From positions 9,362,001 to 9,426,000 of the forward strand of contig CM035351.1 in the NCBI GenBank assembly GCA_020137815.1: 64,000 nucleotides of DNA, written 5' to 3'. Position 1 is the stretch's first letter. Each line of letters starts with the position of its first letter. The notes beneath the pieces were generated by a model that did no database searches, had not been told where the DNA came from, and was given only the letters and a program-made list of their open reading frames with translations. A program made the position numbers and the translations under genes. This DNA is from Hormiphora californensis (taxonomy: Eukaryota; Animalia; Ctenophora). Below, one piece after another: positions 51,401 to 63,579 of the stretch.

Positions 51401-52484
51401 CGTTCCTGATAAAGGGCTCTGTGCTCCCCTGGTACATGACCATGTTAGCTATCTGGATCACGGGGTCTTTAGAGGGCTCCGGAAAGATCCCCTTCCTACC
51501 CGCACACTCTATATCAAAACTAAGGATCCTGGCCGGGGCTATTTTACCCCACTCTCCCTCGGTCGATAGGGACACTAGATCTCTCCACCCACAGGTGACC
51601 TCGTACTGACAGGCCGATATTTTCTTCTCGTTCCGCACCATGTTATACTTCTTAGCTGGTAGTTCTATCCAGTTACAACCCACCACGTCTGTATCTATCA
51701 TGAAGCGGTTCTCAAAGTCTACATTTGCCTCGAAACTAGTGTAGGAGCGGTCCACGAACTGGCCAGTTGTGAACCCCCTATCTAGAATTCTCTTAGCAGG
51801 AGCAATATGTTGTGGGAGAGCGGTGGTAATTTTCAGGTAGGGTAGTTTTTTGTTACCATGATAACCATAAATACTTTCCTTAGTGACAATTTCAACGGAT
51901 AGCACTATTTTATCCACCTGTTCCCTTTTCTTTGCCTGATCCGCCTTCAACACAACATTCAGATCCTCCATGAACTTGCCACAGTGTTCCTCCTTGAACC
52001 CAGGGGGACAGGGCACGTAGAAGTAGGGACAGTACCCGTGTACTGAGCAACACACACTGTTACCATTCTGTGTCACTCCAAACATTCTGATAACAGGGGT
52101 GAAGGCGTCCTGTACCGGTGAGAGGAGGGGGTGTGCTGGGGCCAGGTAGTAGTCAAGATCAAGTTGCTGGAACACTAGTTTCTCTACTGCTGTATTCAGA
52201 CGGGGTGCGTCAGGTCTACACAGCTGATCAGTGGGGGTGGTAACAGTATCTGACCCCATTGAGTGAGATGTGGAAACAGAGCTGAAGGAGTCTCTTGATG
52301 CCCCATCGTCACCCCCATCCTGCATGTTGGACAGGGTCCAAGATGCTGGCTCCACGTGATTGGTTGTCTTGGCAACCCAGCTGTCCTCCATCGTATCAGC
52401 TGCCCAATCATCTTCTTGCTCAGTTATTTTTAGCTTTTTGGCACCATCCGTCAAGCTTTCTCCAGCAGATCGTTTGTCCGCCAT
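48495..52484 (-). CDS. POLD1: DNA polymerase delta catalytic subunit (exon 1 52484-49511, then ~49010-48920, 48855-48762, 48651-48495)
   Basis: [37 protein letters not shown], and C-terminal CysA/CysB ([23 protein letters not shown]). Confidence 0.98.
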
Positions 52485-53106
52485 ACCGTTTTACCGGGAG
52501 TGAGCTAAAATGGGAGGGTGTGTCATCATTAGATAGATAGAGAGAGGGAGAAAGGTATATAGAGATAGAGATAGTGAGAGAGAGAATTGAGAAACTTCGG
52601 GAAACTTGTTACATGACTGAAATGGAGAAAAAGAAAAAGAATGAGATAGAAAGGACACCTGTTGCGACAAGAAGATCCTTTCCAATTAGCACTGCTCCGA
52701 TATTCTCCTTTTTGTGGTTCAGAGGCTCGAGTGTGTGTGCCATTGTGAATTATGAATACTTAGCACCTACTACACATGTGCCCCAACAACCTCACTGAAA
52801 TTAATACTGTTCTACTCAATGCCTCCCCCGTTATTAAATATAGTAAGGGACGCCATCTGTTGTATCACGTTGCGAATATATTTTTTGCAGTTCCTATAGT
52901 TAGTACGTAGTAGGGGGGGGGACGACAGCTGTAACAATACCGCTATAATACCACTATGGTGATATTTTTGGCACTTCAACCAAATCCAAGGTTTTTGTGA
53001 CATCGAAACTGTGTGGTCTCACTCTTTTTGGCCATCTCTACTTTATATTTGTACTCTTTGAATGTTCAACTCACAGCCTGTGTAGCACATTGAATTGTTT
53101 CTAGTA

Positions 53107-56100
53107 ATGTATATTAGGAACACGAGTGCAGAACACTCAGAATGGACCTCCTCATCTATCTACCCTGCTCTCCCCATCTGTTTCACTGTGATAACTGGCT
53201 TGGCAGTGTTAGAGAATGTGGCCGTTCTACTGACAGGAATACTAAAGAGAACTGAGAGGAAACCATCCTTTACAAGCTACATGTACCTGGCATTTTCAGA
53301 CGGTGCTACCGCCCTTTATGGGTGTCTTATACGCGGACCAAGTAAGTAAAATAATAAGTACAATAACAGCTGCTATATCTCACAAAGTCATTATTGACAG
53401 TCAACAGAATCAGTTTGATTAGTTTTTAGTAATCTTTAACCCATTAGTGACCTGTGACGCGTTATCGCAACGCAGGTTTGGGAGCGTATTACGGCTAGAT
53501 ATGAGCATTTGAAATGCTGTAACCACCAAACATCACTAGAGAATCGTTTGAACTAAAATTTTAGCCATTAAAAAGTTTTCTAAATTGACCCTAATTTTCG
53601 TAATTATCAATCAAAAAGTACTAATTTCTGGCATTCGGACTAATGCACATAAATGTGCATTTATGTAATATATCTCGATTAGTTACCGATATGACACATA
53701 GCTGATCAGTTAGAGAAATGTTCAGAGATGTTTCTGTAAAAAAACTAGATCTCAAACGGATTTCCTGTTGGCCCTGTAGAGCCTCAAACAAGTGGGTTGC
53801 GAAAACGCACCGCTGGCACAGGGCATATATTGGAGGTTTTCAAAGCATGTTTAGGGGCAATTTAGAATAAATAAACAATTATAGAGCTATTTTAGGTGCC
53901 TTTTTATATTTTTAAAATCGATTAAAGCAAAAAAATCAACTCAAAAAATTTATCGTTGCGTTTTCGCAACACACTTTTTGGCTGTTTCTGCCGGTTTCTG
54001 AGTCATTAAGTGGGATATTTAGCAAAATTATACATCAGTATGCTTATAAACATTACATTTTACAACTGTGGTTGGTTGAAAGTGTGTATATGAACCGTTT
54101 CCAATCGTTGCGTTTTCGCAACATCTATAAAGTAAACAATTTAGACTGTAAATGACTCTGGGCCATTTTTATCTTGCTATTAGCGATTCTAGTGTTTGAT
54201 ATGTCTAACCTATGACCTCATGGGACATCTGGGACGTGCTAGAGGCACCCGGCACGACTTAGGGAGCACCCAAAACGGCAAAGGGAGCACCCAGGAGGTC
54301 CCAGTGATCGTCTGGGACAACTCAGGGAGCACGAGCAACAACTTAGGAAACGCCTGGAACAACCCAGGGAGCATGGGAGGACTCCTCAAACAGAGTGGAC
54401 GACTCAGGGAGCACCTGAGATGTCCCAGGACGACTAAATTAGCATCCAAAACGGCAAAGGGAGCACCCAGGAGGTCCCAGTGATCGTCTGGGACAACTTA
54501 GAGACCATTAGCAACAACTCAGGGAGCGCCTGAAACAACCCAGGGGAGCATGTGAGGACTCTTCGAGCAAAGTGGACGACTCAGGGAGCACCTGAGATGT
54601 CCCAGGACGACTAAATTAGCATCCAAAACGGCAAAGGGAGCACCCAGGAGGTCCCAGTGATCGTCTGGGACAACTTAGAGACCATCAGCAACAACTCAGG
54701 GAACGCCTGAAACAACCCAGGGGAGCATGTGAGGACTCCTCGAGCAAAGTGGACGACTCAGGGAGCACCTGGGATGTCCCAGGACGAATCAAGGAGCATC
54801 CAAAACGGCAAATGGAGCACCCAGGAGGTCCCAGTGATCGTCTGGGACGACTCAGAGACCACCAGCAACAACTCAGGGGACGCCTGAAACAACCCAGGGG
54901 AGCGTGGGAGAATTCCTCAAGCAAAGTCGACGACTCAGGGAGCACCTGGGATGTCCCAGGACGAATCAAGGAGCATCCAAAACGGCAAATAGAGCACTTA
55001 GGAGGTCCCAGTGATCGTCTGGGACGACTCAGAGAGCACCAGCAACAACTCAGGGAGCGCCTGAAACAACCCAGGGGAGCGTGGGAGGACTCACCGAGTA
55101 CACCGGACGACCGGTACCTGGGGGGTCTCAAGACGACTCAAGGGGCATCCAGGACGCCTAAAAGAGCGTTTGAGAGGTCCCTGAAAGCGCCTTGGGCGAC
55201 TCAGGGAGCACCTTGAAGGTCCCAGTACGTTTCATGGAGTATATAGGACTTTTCAGGGAGTATCTAGAGCGGCTCATTGAGCTCTCAGGAGTCTCTGGGA
55301 AGCACCTGGGACAACTCAGAGGACGCCCCAGTGAGTGTACATAATGATTATGGGGACACAGAATGGTTAAGGACATGCCCACTGGGCTTGAAAGTGGCTA
55401 TACCCCCACAAACACTATATTTTCATAAATTTTCGGTCAAATTTACAAATATTCAACCTTCTTTTCTAATCCAACATGATCTCCCACCTTCCAACATCGA
55501 TATGATTCACGCAATGTCTGTTCAAATCACGTTTAGTGATAATTTAACTGCTATTTCATAATGAAATTATATTGGCGTGAGGGTGGCACTGTTTGCTGAC
55601 ATTTTTGCATGTTGCGGAAACGCAACCTTTCTGATTTCCTTCAAATTCCCCATAGATACCGTAGTAAGACCTTTACGGTGCTGCTCAGTAGTATAGAAAT
55701 CAAAAACACTGTACGAGATGGCCAGATTTGCTGTCGATTGAGGTGTTGCGAAAACGCAACGAAACTCTAAGCTGCCCCAAGCTTAAATCTGACTATCACA
55801 AACTATTTCCACTATTACTAGAATGCCATTAATAACTTAGTTGGAAAAAAATTATTGAATGTTTAGCTGTAAACAGGCTCCGAATGTTGTTGCGAAAACG
55901 CAACGAAATTTAAACTTGCCCGGAGACAAAAACTAGATATCACAAATTATTTTCATAATAGATTGAAGTCTGTTAAGTGAAATTTTAAAATGATTGCATT
56001 AGAATTTTAGCTGTAAAATGACTTTTAAAAGTGTTGCGAAAATGGGACGTACCAGTGATGCGTTTTCGCAACAGGTTGTTTTAAGCACTTCCCGATAAGA

Positions 56101-56909
56101 TAGAGACTTCCGCTTTTCAACTTACCATATTGGTGCTGCTAGGGTACTATTCCCAAAAAATTGGAAAAATTCTTCAAAAATTTCGATATCTGGGCACTAA
56201 TGGGTTAAATCGATATCTTGACAGTATACATATATCTCCAGGTTTGTTACGAGGAACCCCTTATTACTGGCTATGTGTCGTGGATAGTGTACTGTCTGAT
56301 TTCTTGGAACCACTAGGACAGTTCGCTATTGTCCCCCTGACTATTGACCGCCTGATAGCTCTGAATTATCCTCTTCTCTACACCACTACTAAACACCACA
56401 GAATAGTATCTGGGACTATCATATTTTCCTGGATAGCTGGTATTCTGAATGTAGCAGCTAATCATATAACTGCCCAGTTCACGGAACACCAATATATCAG
56501 TTTTGCAAAGCCAGACTGCGGTATTTCATACCACTTCGGGAACATTTTCACATCCTACTTCCGTGACATTGTATTCTACGTGGCACCGGTGACATTTGCT
56601 GTGGGTGTAGATCTACTGTTAGTTACCTATCTAACCCGGGGGACCCTGACCCGCAGTCAGACAGTTACAGTGGTGAGAGCTCTAGCAGTGTGTGTTGTTA
56701 ATATGGTATTCTCTCTACCCATGTTGGTGATTCTAAAACTCAGTCATGTTACTATAACAACGAGGACGGTGCTGGTTACAATGAGCTACCTGAATACCTT
56801 TATGGACCCCATTCTGTATGCGGTGCCTGCCCGGTGGATAATGGACACTCTTAGATTGAGGATCTCAGTTGTTAGCAATAGTGCCCAGCAGAGGTACGAG
56901 CAGAAGTGA
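53107..56909 (+). CDS. Rhodopsin-like (class A) GPCR, 2 exons (53107-53341, 56242-56909)
   Basis: TM1 xN, YLAFSD, LTIDRLIALNYPL.Y, SW and MDPILY motifs; phase-1 intron. Confidence 0.85.
53440..56204. mobile_element. Non-autonomous piggyBac-type element (2.77 kb) in the GPCR intron
   Basis: TTAA|CCCATTAGTG...CACTAATGGG|TTAA; repeated subterminal gttgcgaaaacgcaac palindromes; no transposase. Confidence 0.88.
54225..55130. repeat. 177-bp tandem repeat (~5 copies) inside the piggyBac-type element
   Basis: aaaacggcaaa recurs at spacings of 176, 177, 177 and 177; built from ~22-bp gacgactcagggagcacc subunits. Confidence 0.9.
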
Positions 56910-57232
56910 GCAATTGCTGAAGAAGAGAAGGTACTAGTGAACATGCTGATAAAGGGATCACGCTGATTTTTGCTATTATTATTGACAGGAGGAGAAGAGA
57001 GAGGAAGTTGGAGAATAAAGGGAAAATGAAGAGAAGAAGGAAGCAAAAGGAAACAAGTTGACTGTACAAAACAAAATCTAAAGATCTTGAATACAACAAC
57101 AATTGAAGACGTTAAAAAACACTTAGATCGATCCCAAACACAAACCCAGTAATGCAATACTTTACACCAAAAATCAACTATTAATCTCGCCCTTCTTCAA
57201 ATCTTTTCAATGATCTTACAGTTTTCAATTTT

Positions 57233-60200
57233 TCAATTCCATGGGCCCATGTGATCTGCACAAAGACAACCACACCCAGTGGGGCACTCTCTCATTATCT
57301 GGCCCTCTACAGAACTGGTGAACCAGGCCTTTAGATGGTTAGAGTGACCACCATGGCTACACCGCAGACAGAAGGACCAGAGTGTCTTTACAGGTAGTCT
57401 ACACACCACACACTCCCAGGGCTGATCAGGCCTGGTAGCAGGCTCAAATACAGTTGAGAGACGGTCAGGGACGAGTTGTTTGGGAACATTGGCAACTGTT
57501 TTGAGGACCTCGGCTCGTTGGTTTAATAGCCTCCAGTTGTATAGGATTGAGGCGTAGTTTAGCTTGATGAGATCACCATCAACACCGCTCATCTCTTCAC
57601 TCTCTTTCTGGTCCTGGAAAATATAATATGCGATGTTAGGGGCTGGGAGATGAACTGTTCGACGAACAGTATTCGTACTGACTACGCGTAAAATACGGGA
57701 TGAACGGTTCAATGTAGTAGGGTACTACTAAGTGGGAACAGTGTTGTTTTATAACTTACTAAGTTCTGAACGGGTGACAGGGTTACTTCACTTTCCTCAC
57801 TGCACTGATGCTCAATAGAGACTGATGTTGAGAGACTCTTGGAGAGACTGAAGAGGGTACGACCAGGCTGAAAGAACTGGAACTTCTTCCGACCCTCAAA
57901 CTTACCACTCTCCTGAGTGAGAACAATATTAGGGAGATGTCATAATATGATGTCATATGAACAATTTTAGACCCTCATGTTAGCAGTTAGATTGGTTTAT
58001 AACTTAACGTTATTAACGTTGCAATGTTATAAACATTTTATGACCACTGTCCCCTTAACCTTTTTTGTAAAAAACAAGCTAAATATAATGACTTGTAATG
58101 GCTGTGTTTTACCTGTATTTTCCGCTCCACAAGTGTACACATCCCATATATCATAGCCAGACTCTGGACATCCTTCTTCATATAGAAACACTCAATATAA
58201 CTCTCTACCAGCTTCCTCCCATAGGGGTATTCATCCCATAACTTCCTCTGGTAGAGATGCTCCACTAGAGAAGGGTTAGTACACACCTTCAACACCCTCC
58301 ACAACTGCACTAGATCAGATCTCCTGGTATCAGTGGCAATAGCCATGTTGTGCTCACACAATTCCGCTAAACTCCGACCAGGATCAAGAGAGAACTTTAG
58401 GGAGAGTTCCTTGCACGCATTAGGAAGAATTCCAGAGATATCCTGGATCTCCACTGGTTTCACCTTGCACGTGCTAGATTCTGATTGACCTCGTGACTGC
58501 CTGGTCCTAACTGCGGGTGTGTAGTAGAAATCAGAGACAGAGGGGGTGGAGGGCGTCTTGTCACGCTTCTTGGTCATTGTCCCCACACGAGCTGAGTACA
58601 CGTCTAGGTAGGCACGAGGGGTTTTCTGTCTGCCTCCAGCACTCTCCAGTGGATCGTTAGGGTTGGTAGGCCGTCTCATGATGATGAGGATGTTATTGGA
58701 ACAAAACCTGGCTCCATTGGTCCTGGGGAAGGGGACCATCCTGTCGAAATCTTTAGTCTTACTTCCTCGGGTAGTTGCTAGTGATTTCTGAAATGAAACA
58801 TCAATATTATCTCAGCTGGGTGTTTGCAAAGAATTAATTACTTACATCATCTTCCACGTCCTGGTTGATTTCATTTATTTCCTGCAGCACATACTGGAAG
58901 AGTCTATCTAACTTCGTGCCGCTCGACTCCCGGCTACTTTCCTCTATTATTATCTCCTGGGACCTATAACAAAGATCTTGTGATATTATGTTTCAATTTT
59001 ATAGAAAAGTGTTTCTCGTTTTACCTTTTATCTAGTTTCTGAAGGTAGAAGTTCCTCTTCTCAGTGTTAAGGGAAGAATCCTCGAAACTAAAATGCGGTG
59101 TCTCGGGGACAGCAGTATCCATCTGTAAACAAGGATAGAGGGTTTAAAGTCTTAAAGATAACTAATTGGATAGAACTATAGTTGGTGAAAGTAACAATCT
59201 CACCCCATCTCACTTTGTGCTGTTGCACTGTTGTGCTGTTACAAATCTCACCTTTAGCCGGAAACGTCCATTAGGATTCTTGAAGCGATAAGTACTACCC
59301 TCTATCTGAACATTCTTCCCATACTTCTCAGGTAGTGAAGGGAGGGTGATAGTTGAGTTGGGAGAGGATGCCAGCATTGGCATATCGTTACTAAACGCTG
59401 CAAGATAGGTATATTAGAGGTTATTGAGCTAAAATACCACCAAAAGAAGTGTGGAATATGGGACAGGGGACTCAGAGGTTTACCTGTTACAGGATCCTTA
59501 TTGTCTGCATTTGGTGACAGTAGAGTCAGAGAGAGATTGTGTCTGGACACACTGGGACTCTCCATATGCCATGTTGTGAAATGCCCCTTCATATCCATCC
59601 CTACCAGTGCAGTGCTCCCTGTATCTGAGAACATCCTAGCCTCCACTATAGGCGACTCAGAGGCCGTGTTCAACTTGTAGTCAGAATCATCCATAAAGTC
59701 ACACACCTGGGGACAGATTCAGATAAAATAAAGTTTGGAATTGCCAATAATAAAAATAACAATTGGTAGTAGTTCTCTTACCAGGGGTGCGACCCCATTC
59801 AGTTTATCCTCGGGAACTACAATAGCAATGAAAGTAGTCCGTGACTTGAGGGGATCATACATGGCCCTCCACACCTGCTGTCCCATCCTCTTCTCTAACA
59901 CGGGTACCCTGGCCTGCTTCCAGTTCCACAACTTCACCGTCCTGTCCAGACTACACGTGATAAAATAGTGCTCCTCATTAGGCCACCAATCAACATGGGT
60001 TATCTTATTGGCATGGCCAGAGAACGACTGACAGGGAACGGGCCTGCGCCGATCCCAGACCTTGATATCACTCTCGTGACAGGTAACAAATAGGAATGGG
60101 TTCCGCCGGCTAGTGGACACCAGTGTAGTTTTGGAAGCAACGGAGTTTTCCTTGAATCTGTGTAATAGGAGAGCCTTTATGTCTTCTTTTCGATAGAATT

Positions 60201-60855
60201 GATAATAAAGAAACACGTTTTACTTTTGTCAGTTATCAATATACCTGCTGACTATGTCCATTTTCTCGACATCCCATATTGAGGCATAGTCATCATCTGT
60301 ACCACCAATAAGATGGGTCTGGTCATACACCCAATCAATACTCAGCACTGTACTCATAAAGTCTAACTCCACCATTTGGTTCTGATCAGTAAACCCTATC
60401 TCTGAAAACTCTCCGACATACACCTGCGGGGAATTGTGCTAACTGTCGTATACATTGTGCAACTAAATTATACAAGTCATCAAAATGATGCTCACAATAC
60501 AACGTGTTGATAAACCTACATGTTCTCTGTCTGTATACGCAAAATGTTGCGTTTTGGGTGCACATCGCAGGTTATTCCTGAGAGATCCATGGCCCTGGAA
60601 GTTTATAGGTCGTCGGAGGGGTGTGCAATGAGTCCTATCTTTACTGACAAGACTATCCGATATTTTGTAGCTGTAGAGACCTGTAAAACACGGTGTTAAA
60701 TTCTGCACTTTTGAAAACTTTTAGAAATTAAAACGTATTCCAAACTTACATTGCTGGGTCTGGCATAACTTTATCAAGTACTTTTTCTCGTGTGATATAT
60801 CAAATGAGACCCCAACTGCCTGGTCTCTGTCGTAGGATGGGAGAGATCTGTGCAT
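57233..60855 (-). CDS. WDR59: GATOR2 subunit WDR59/Sea3 (multi-exon)
   Basis: WD40 repeats, VPFPRTNGARFC, PYGRKLVES...DVQSLAM and C-terminal RING CVVCRLPVK...CSHGGH..H...WF..CPTGCGCLC. Confidence 0.88.
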
Positions 60856-61019
60856 TTTCCTGACCTCCAAAGTCAGGAATACGTCTTATCGCATGGTTCA
60901 AAGTCTAACGGTAATCGGAAATATAAGTAAATAAGGATATAACTCGTAAATAATTAAATGGTATTTTGTGTGTAATACTAGGAGCCGCCGGGAAATCAGC
61001 CCACACGCGAACAAATCAC

Positions 61020-61097
61020 TTGGCATACGTTGCAGGCCCCTTATAATATAATATAATTGCGGGGGTGCGCGCATGAGGGGGCTGCAGCGCATTCCAA
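61020..61097. mobile_element. 78-bp TTGG...CCAA micro-MITE with 9-bp TSD
   Basis: TSD acaaatcac at 61011-61019 and 61098-61106; TIR ttggcatacgttgcag / ctgcagcgcattccaa. Confidence 0.85.
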
Positions 61098-61310
61098 ACA
61101 AATCACTTCGCCAAAAGCGAATCGCGTCGTGTGATTTTCAATTCAGTTTTTAATTTCAAAAAAACGTAACGCGCGGCAGCGATGACCGTCAAATGTTAGC
61201 GCGTTCCATAAGTTGTGGCCAAGTTTATTGATTTTTGAAGCGTTATAAAAATTTTGAACTTAATTTTGAAATTTTTGGAACGCGTTTTTTCAAAATTTTA
61301 AATTCTACAT

Positions 61311-61380
61311 TTGGCATGCGCTGCAGACCCCAAGTGCGCGCGTTTTCCACGGCTTCTTTAGGGCCTGTAGCATAGGCCAA
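61311..61380. mobile_element. 70-bp TTGG...CCAA micro-MITE with 9-bp TSD
   Basis: TSD attctacat at 61302-61310 and 61381-61389; inverted near-copy of 7902-7969. Confidence 0.88.
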
Positions 61381-61540
61381 ATTCTACATCTTCACGTCGC
61401 AACGTTGCAAGTTGTTATTATTATTATTAAATCTGTTTACAATAATTTGACAATGTCAATATTGCCCTCCTATTTGCGAGGAAAATGGAACTCTCTAGGT
61501 CTCTTTCACACTTTCTCAGCTGTCAGATCATACAAAAAAT

Positions 61541-63290
61541 AAGTTTAAGTTTAAGTTTAAGTTTACTCACAATTTATCACAAAGTCACACAATTAATATA
61601 TAACTTCGTCCCGCTCTTACACCATACACTAATAAATATAAAATGTCGATTAAAATACTGATTAGATAATGATTAAAATATATTGTAAACTGATTAAATA
61701 AGTTCAATTAATATGTCGTGATTACTGTTTAATAGCCCAACTGGTCATTCCGAAAAATCAGATACAAACACATTAATGTGCCGCACTGTATATGAGTTAC
61801 TCCAACCCTCCAGTTTCAATGCTTGTTTAACGAAGGAAGTAACCAAGCGATCCACTGGATTCGATATATCTAGGCGCATATCATATTCCCACAGTACTGA
61901 TGTATTAGCACTATCTTTATATCGGATATCTCGAACAGCAACAATCCTTGTATTTAAACAGGGTTCTTGCTTTCTAACCAGTTAGGCGTATTAAACAGGG
62001 CACATGTTATCTGCAGCGCTCACATATCATGATAATGAACTACATTAACCGTAGTATTATGCACTATGCTGCAGGGACATCACACACACACATCACCCAC
62101 ACACATGATATTGATCAAGCCTGAACAACAGGTTATTGAATCAATCGACCGTTCAACGGTACGAGGTGCCATCACTAGATTCGTGCAGTAGATCCGAAGA
62201 TCACGAATTCAATTAATATGTCGTGATTACTGTTTATTGTTAATTGAATTCGTGATCTTCGGATCTACTGCACGAATCTAGTGATGGCACCTCGTACCGT
62301 TGAACGGTCGATTGATTCAATAACCTGTTGTTCAGGCTTGATCAATATCATGTGTGTGGGTGATGTGTGTGTGTGATGTCCCTGCAGCATAGTGCATAAT
62401 ACTACGGTTAATGTAGTTCATTATCATGATATGTGAGCGCTGCAGATAACATGTGCCCTGTTTAATACGCCTAACTGGTTAGAAAGCAAGAACCCTGTTT
62501 AAATACAAGGATTGTTGCTGTTCGAGATATCCGATATAAAGATAGTGCTAATACATCAGTACTGTGGGAATATGATATGCGCCTAGATATATCGAATCCA
62601 GTGGATCGCTTGGTTACTTCCTTCGTTAAACAAGCATTGAAACTGGAGGGTTGGAGTAACTCATATACAGTGCGGCACATTAATGTGTTTGTATCTGATT
62701 TTTCGGAATGACCAGTTGGGCTATTAAACAGTAATCACGACATATTAATTGAATTCGTGATCTTCGGATCTACTGCACGAATCTAGTGATGGCACCTCGT
62801 ACCGTTGAACGGTCGATTGATTCAATAACCTGTTGTTCAGGCTTGATCAATATCATGTGTGTGGGTGATGTGTGTGTGTGATGTCCCTGCAGCATAGTGC
62901 ATAATACTACGGTTAATGTAGTTCATTATCATGATTAAATAAGTTAGTTAAAAATTCACTCCGTGGAGTGCGATTCGTACACAGTGTGTACGTCTCGGGC
63001 TGGTCAGTTATACATTTACAATTGATTAGAATATAAACCCATTACACAAGCAGTTGATCCCCAAATAAAGATTGTTCTATTACAGCTCTTACTACCTTTC
63101 TAAAGTTCGATTTTACCTGCTTGTCTTTGGAGAAAATTAGTGGAAGATGGAAGTTCATTTCATAAGAAGATATCACCCTTAGTTCCTCACGGGGCCCTTC
63201 CACATCTTTTATCGCAGAACATTCAAACAACTTGTGGAATGTTGAATCTGGGAGTTGGCCACATTCAAGACAATTGGGAACTGCAAGTTG
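61541..63290 (-). mobile_element. 5'-truncated LINE remnant: ORF2 C-terminal CCHC, 3' UTR and (TAAACT)n tail, interrupted by the 505-bp-unit insertion
   Basis: Minus-strand frame CLECGQLPDSTFHKLFEC ending at stop 63042; (aagttt)4 at ~61541-61565. Confidence 0.6.
61703..62935. mobile_element. TSD-flanked insertion made of tandem and inverted identical copies of a 505-bp non-coding unit
   Basis: 534 bp in one orientation (61703-62236) plus 696 bp in the other (62240-62935), both with period 505; flanked by tgattaaataagtt at 61691-61704 and 62932-62945. Confidence 0.8.
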
Positions 63291-63579
63291 TTACTGCCGC
63301 CGTTGTCGGATCATCCTGATTCTAGAACTTGAGCGTTTCTCCACTGTGTCCTACCAGGTCCCTTTGACCTTTCAGGACCTTAGTCTACCTGAAGTACCTT
63401 GTAAGGAGGCTAGAGGGCCGCCAATTGGGCGCCCATTGCCCAATGATTCTCCGATCAGCGGTCAGCGCTATGACCCAACGTATCTCTAGAACTTGTTGTT
63501 GAGGTGTTAGTTATTTCAAACTGTTTATCACTTGTGTACTGAGTATTGACCGTCCCATTTGTCAGCTAGAACAGGCGAA

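Noticed and set aside
62185-62235. ccgaaga-tcac-gaat as a minimal hammerhead ribozyme in the 505-nt unit
   Set aside because: Two core mismatches and no consistent stem III or cleavage-site geometry; the segment is better explained by the simple hairpin atcacga/tcgtgat.
61776-62680. Twin 69-aa ORFs on opposite strands
   Set aside because: They are mirror products of the inversion, with no recognisable motif.
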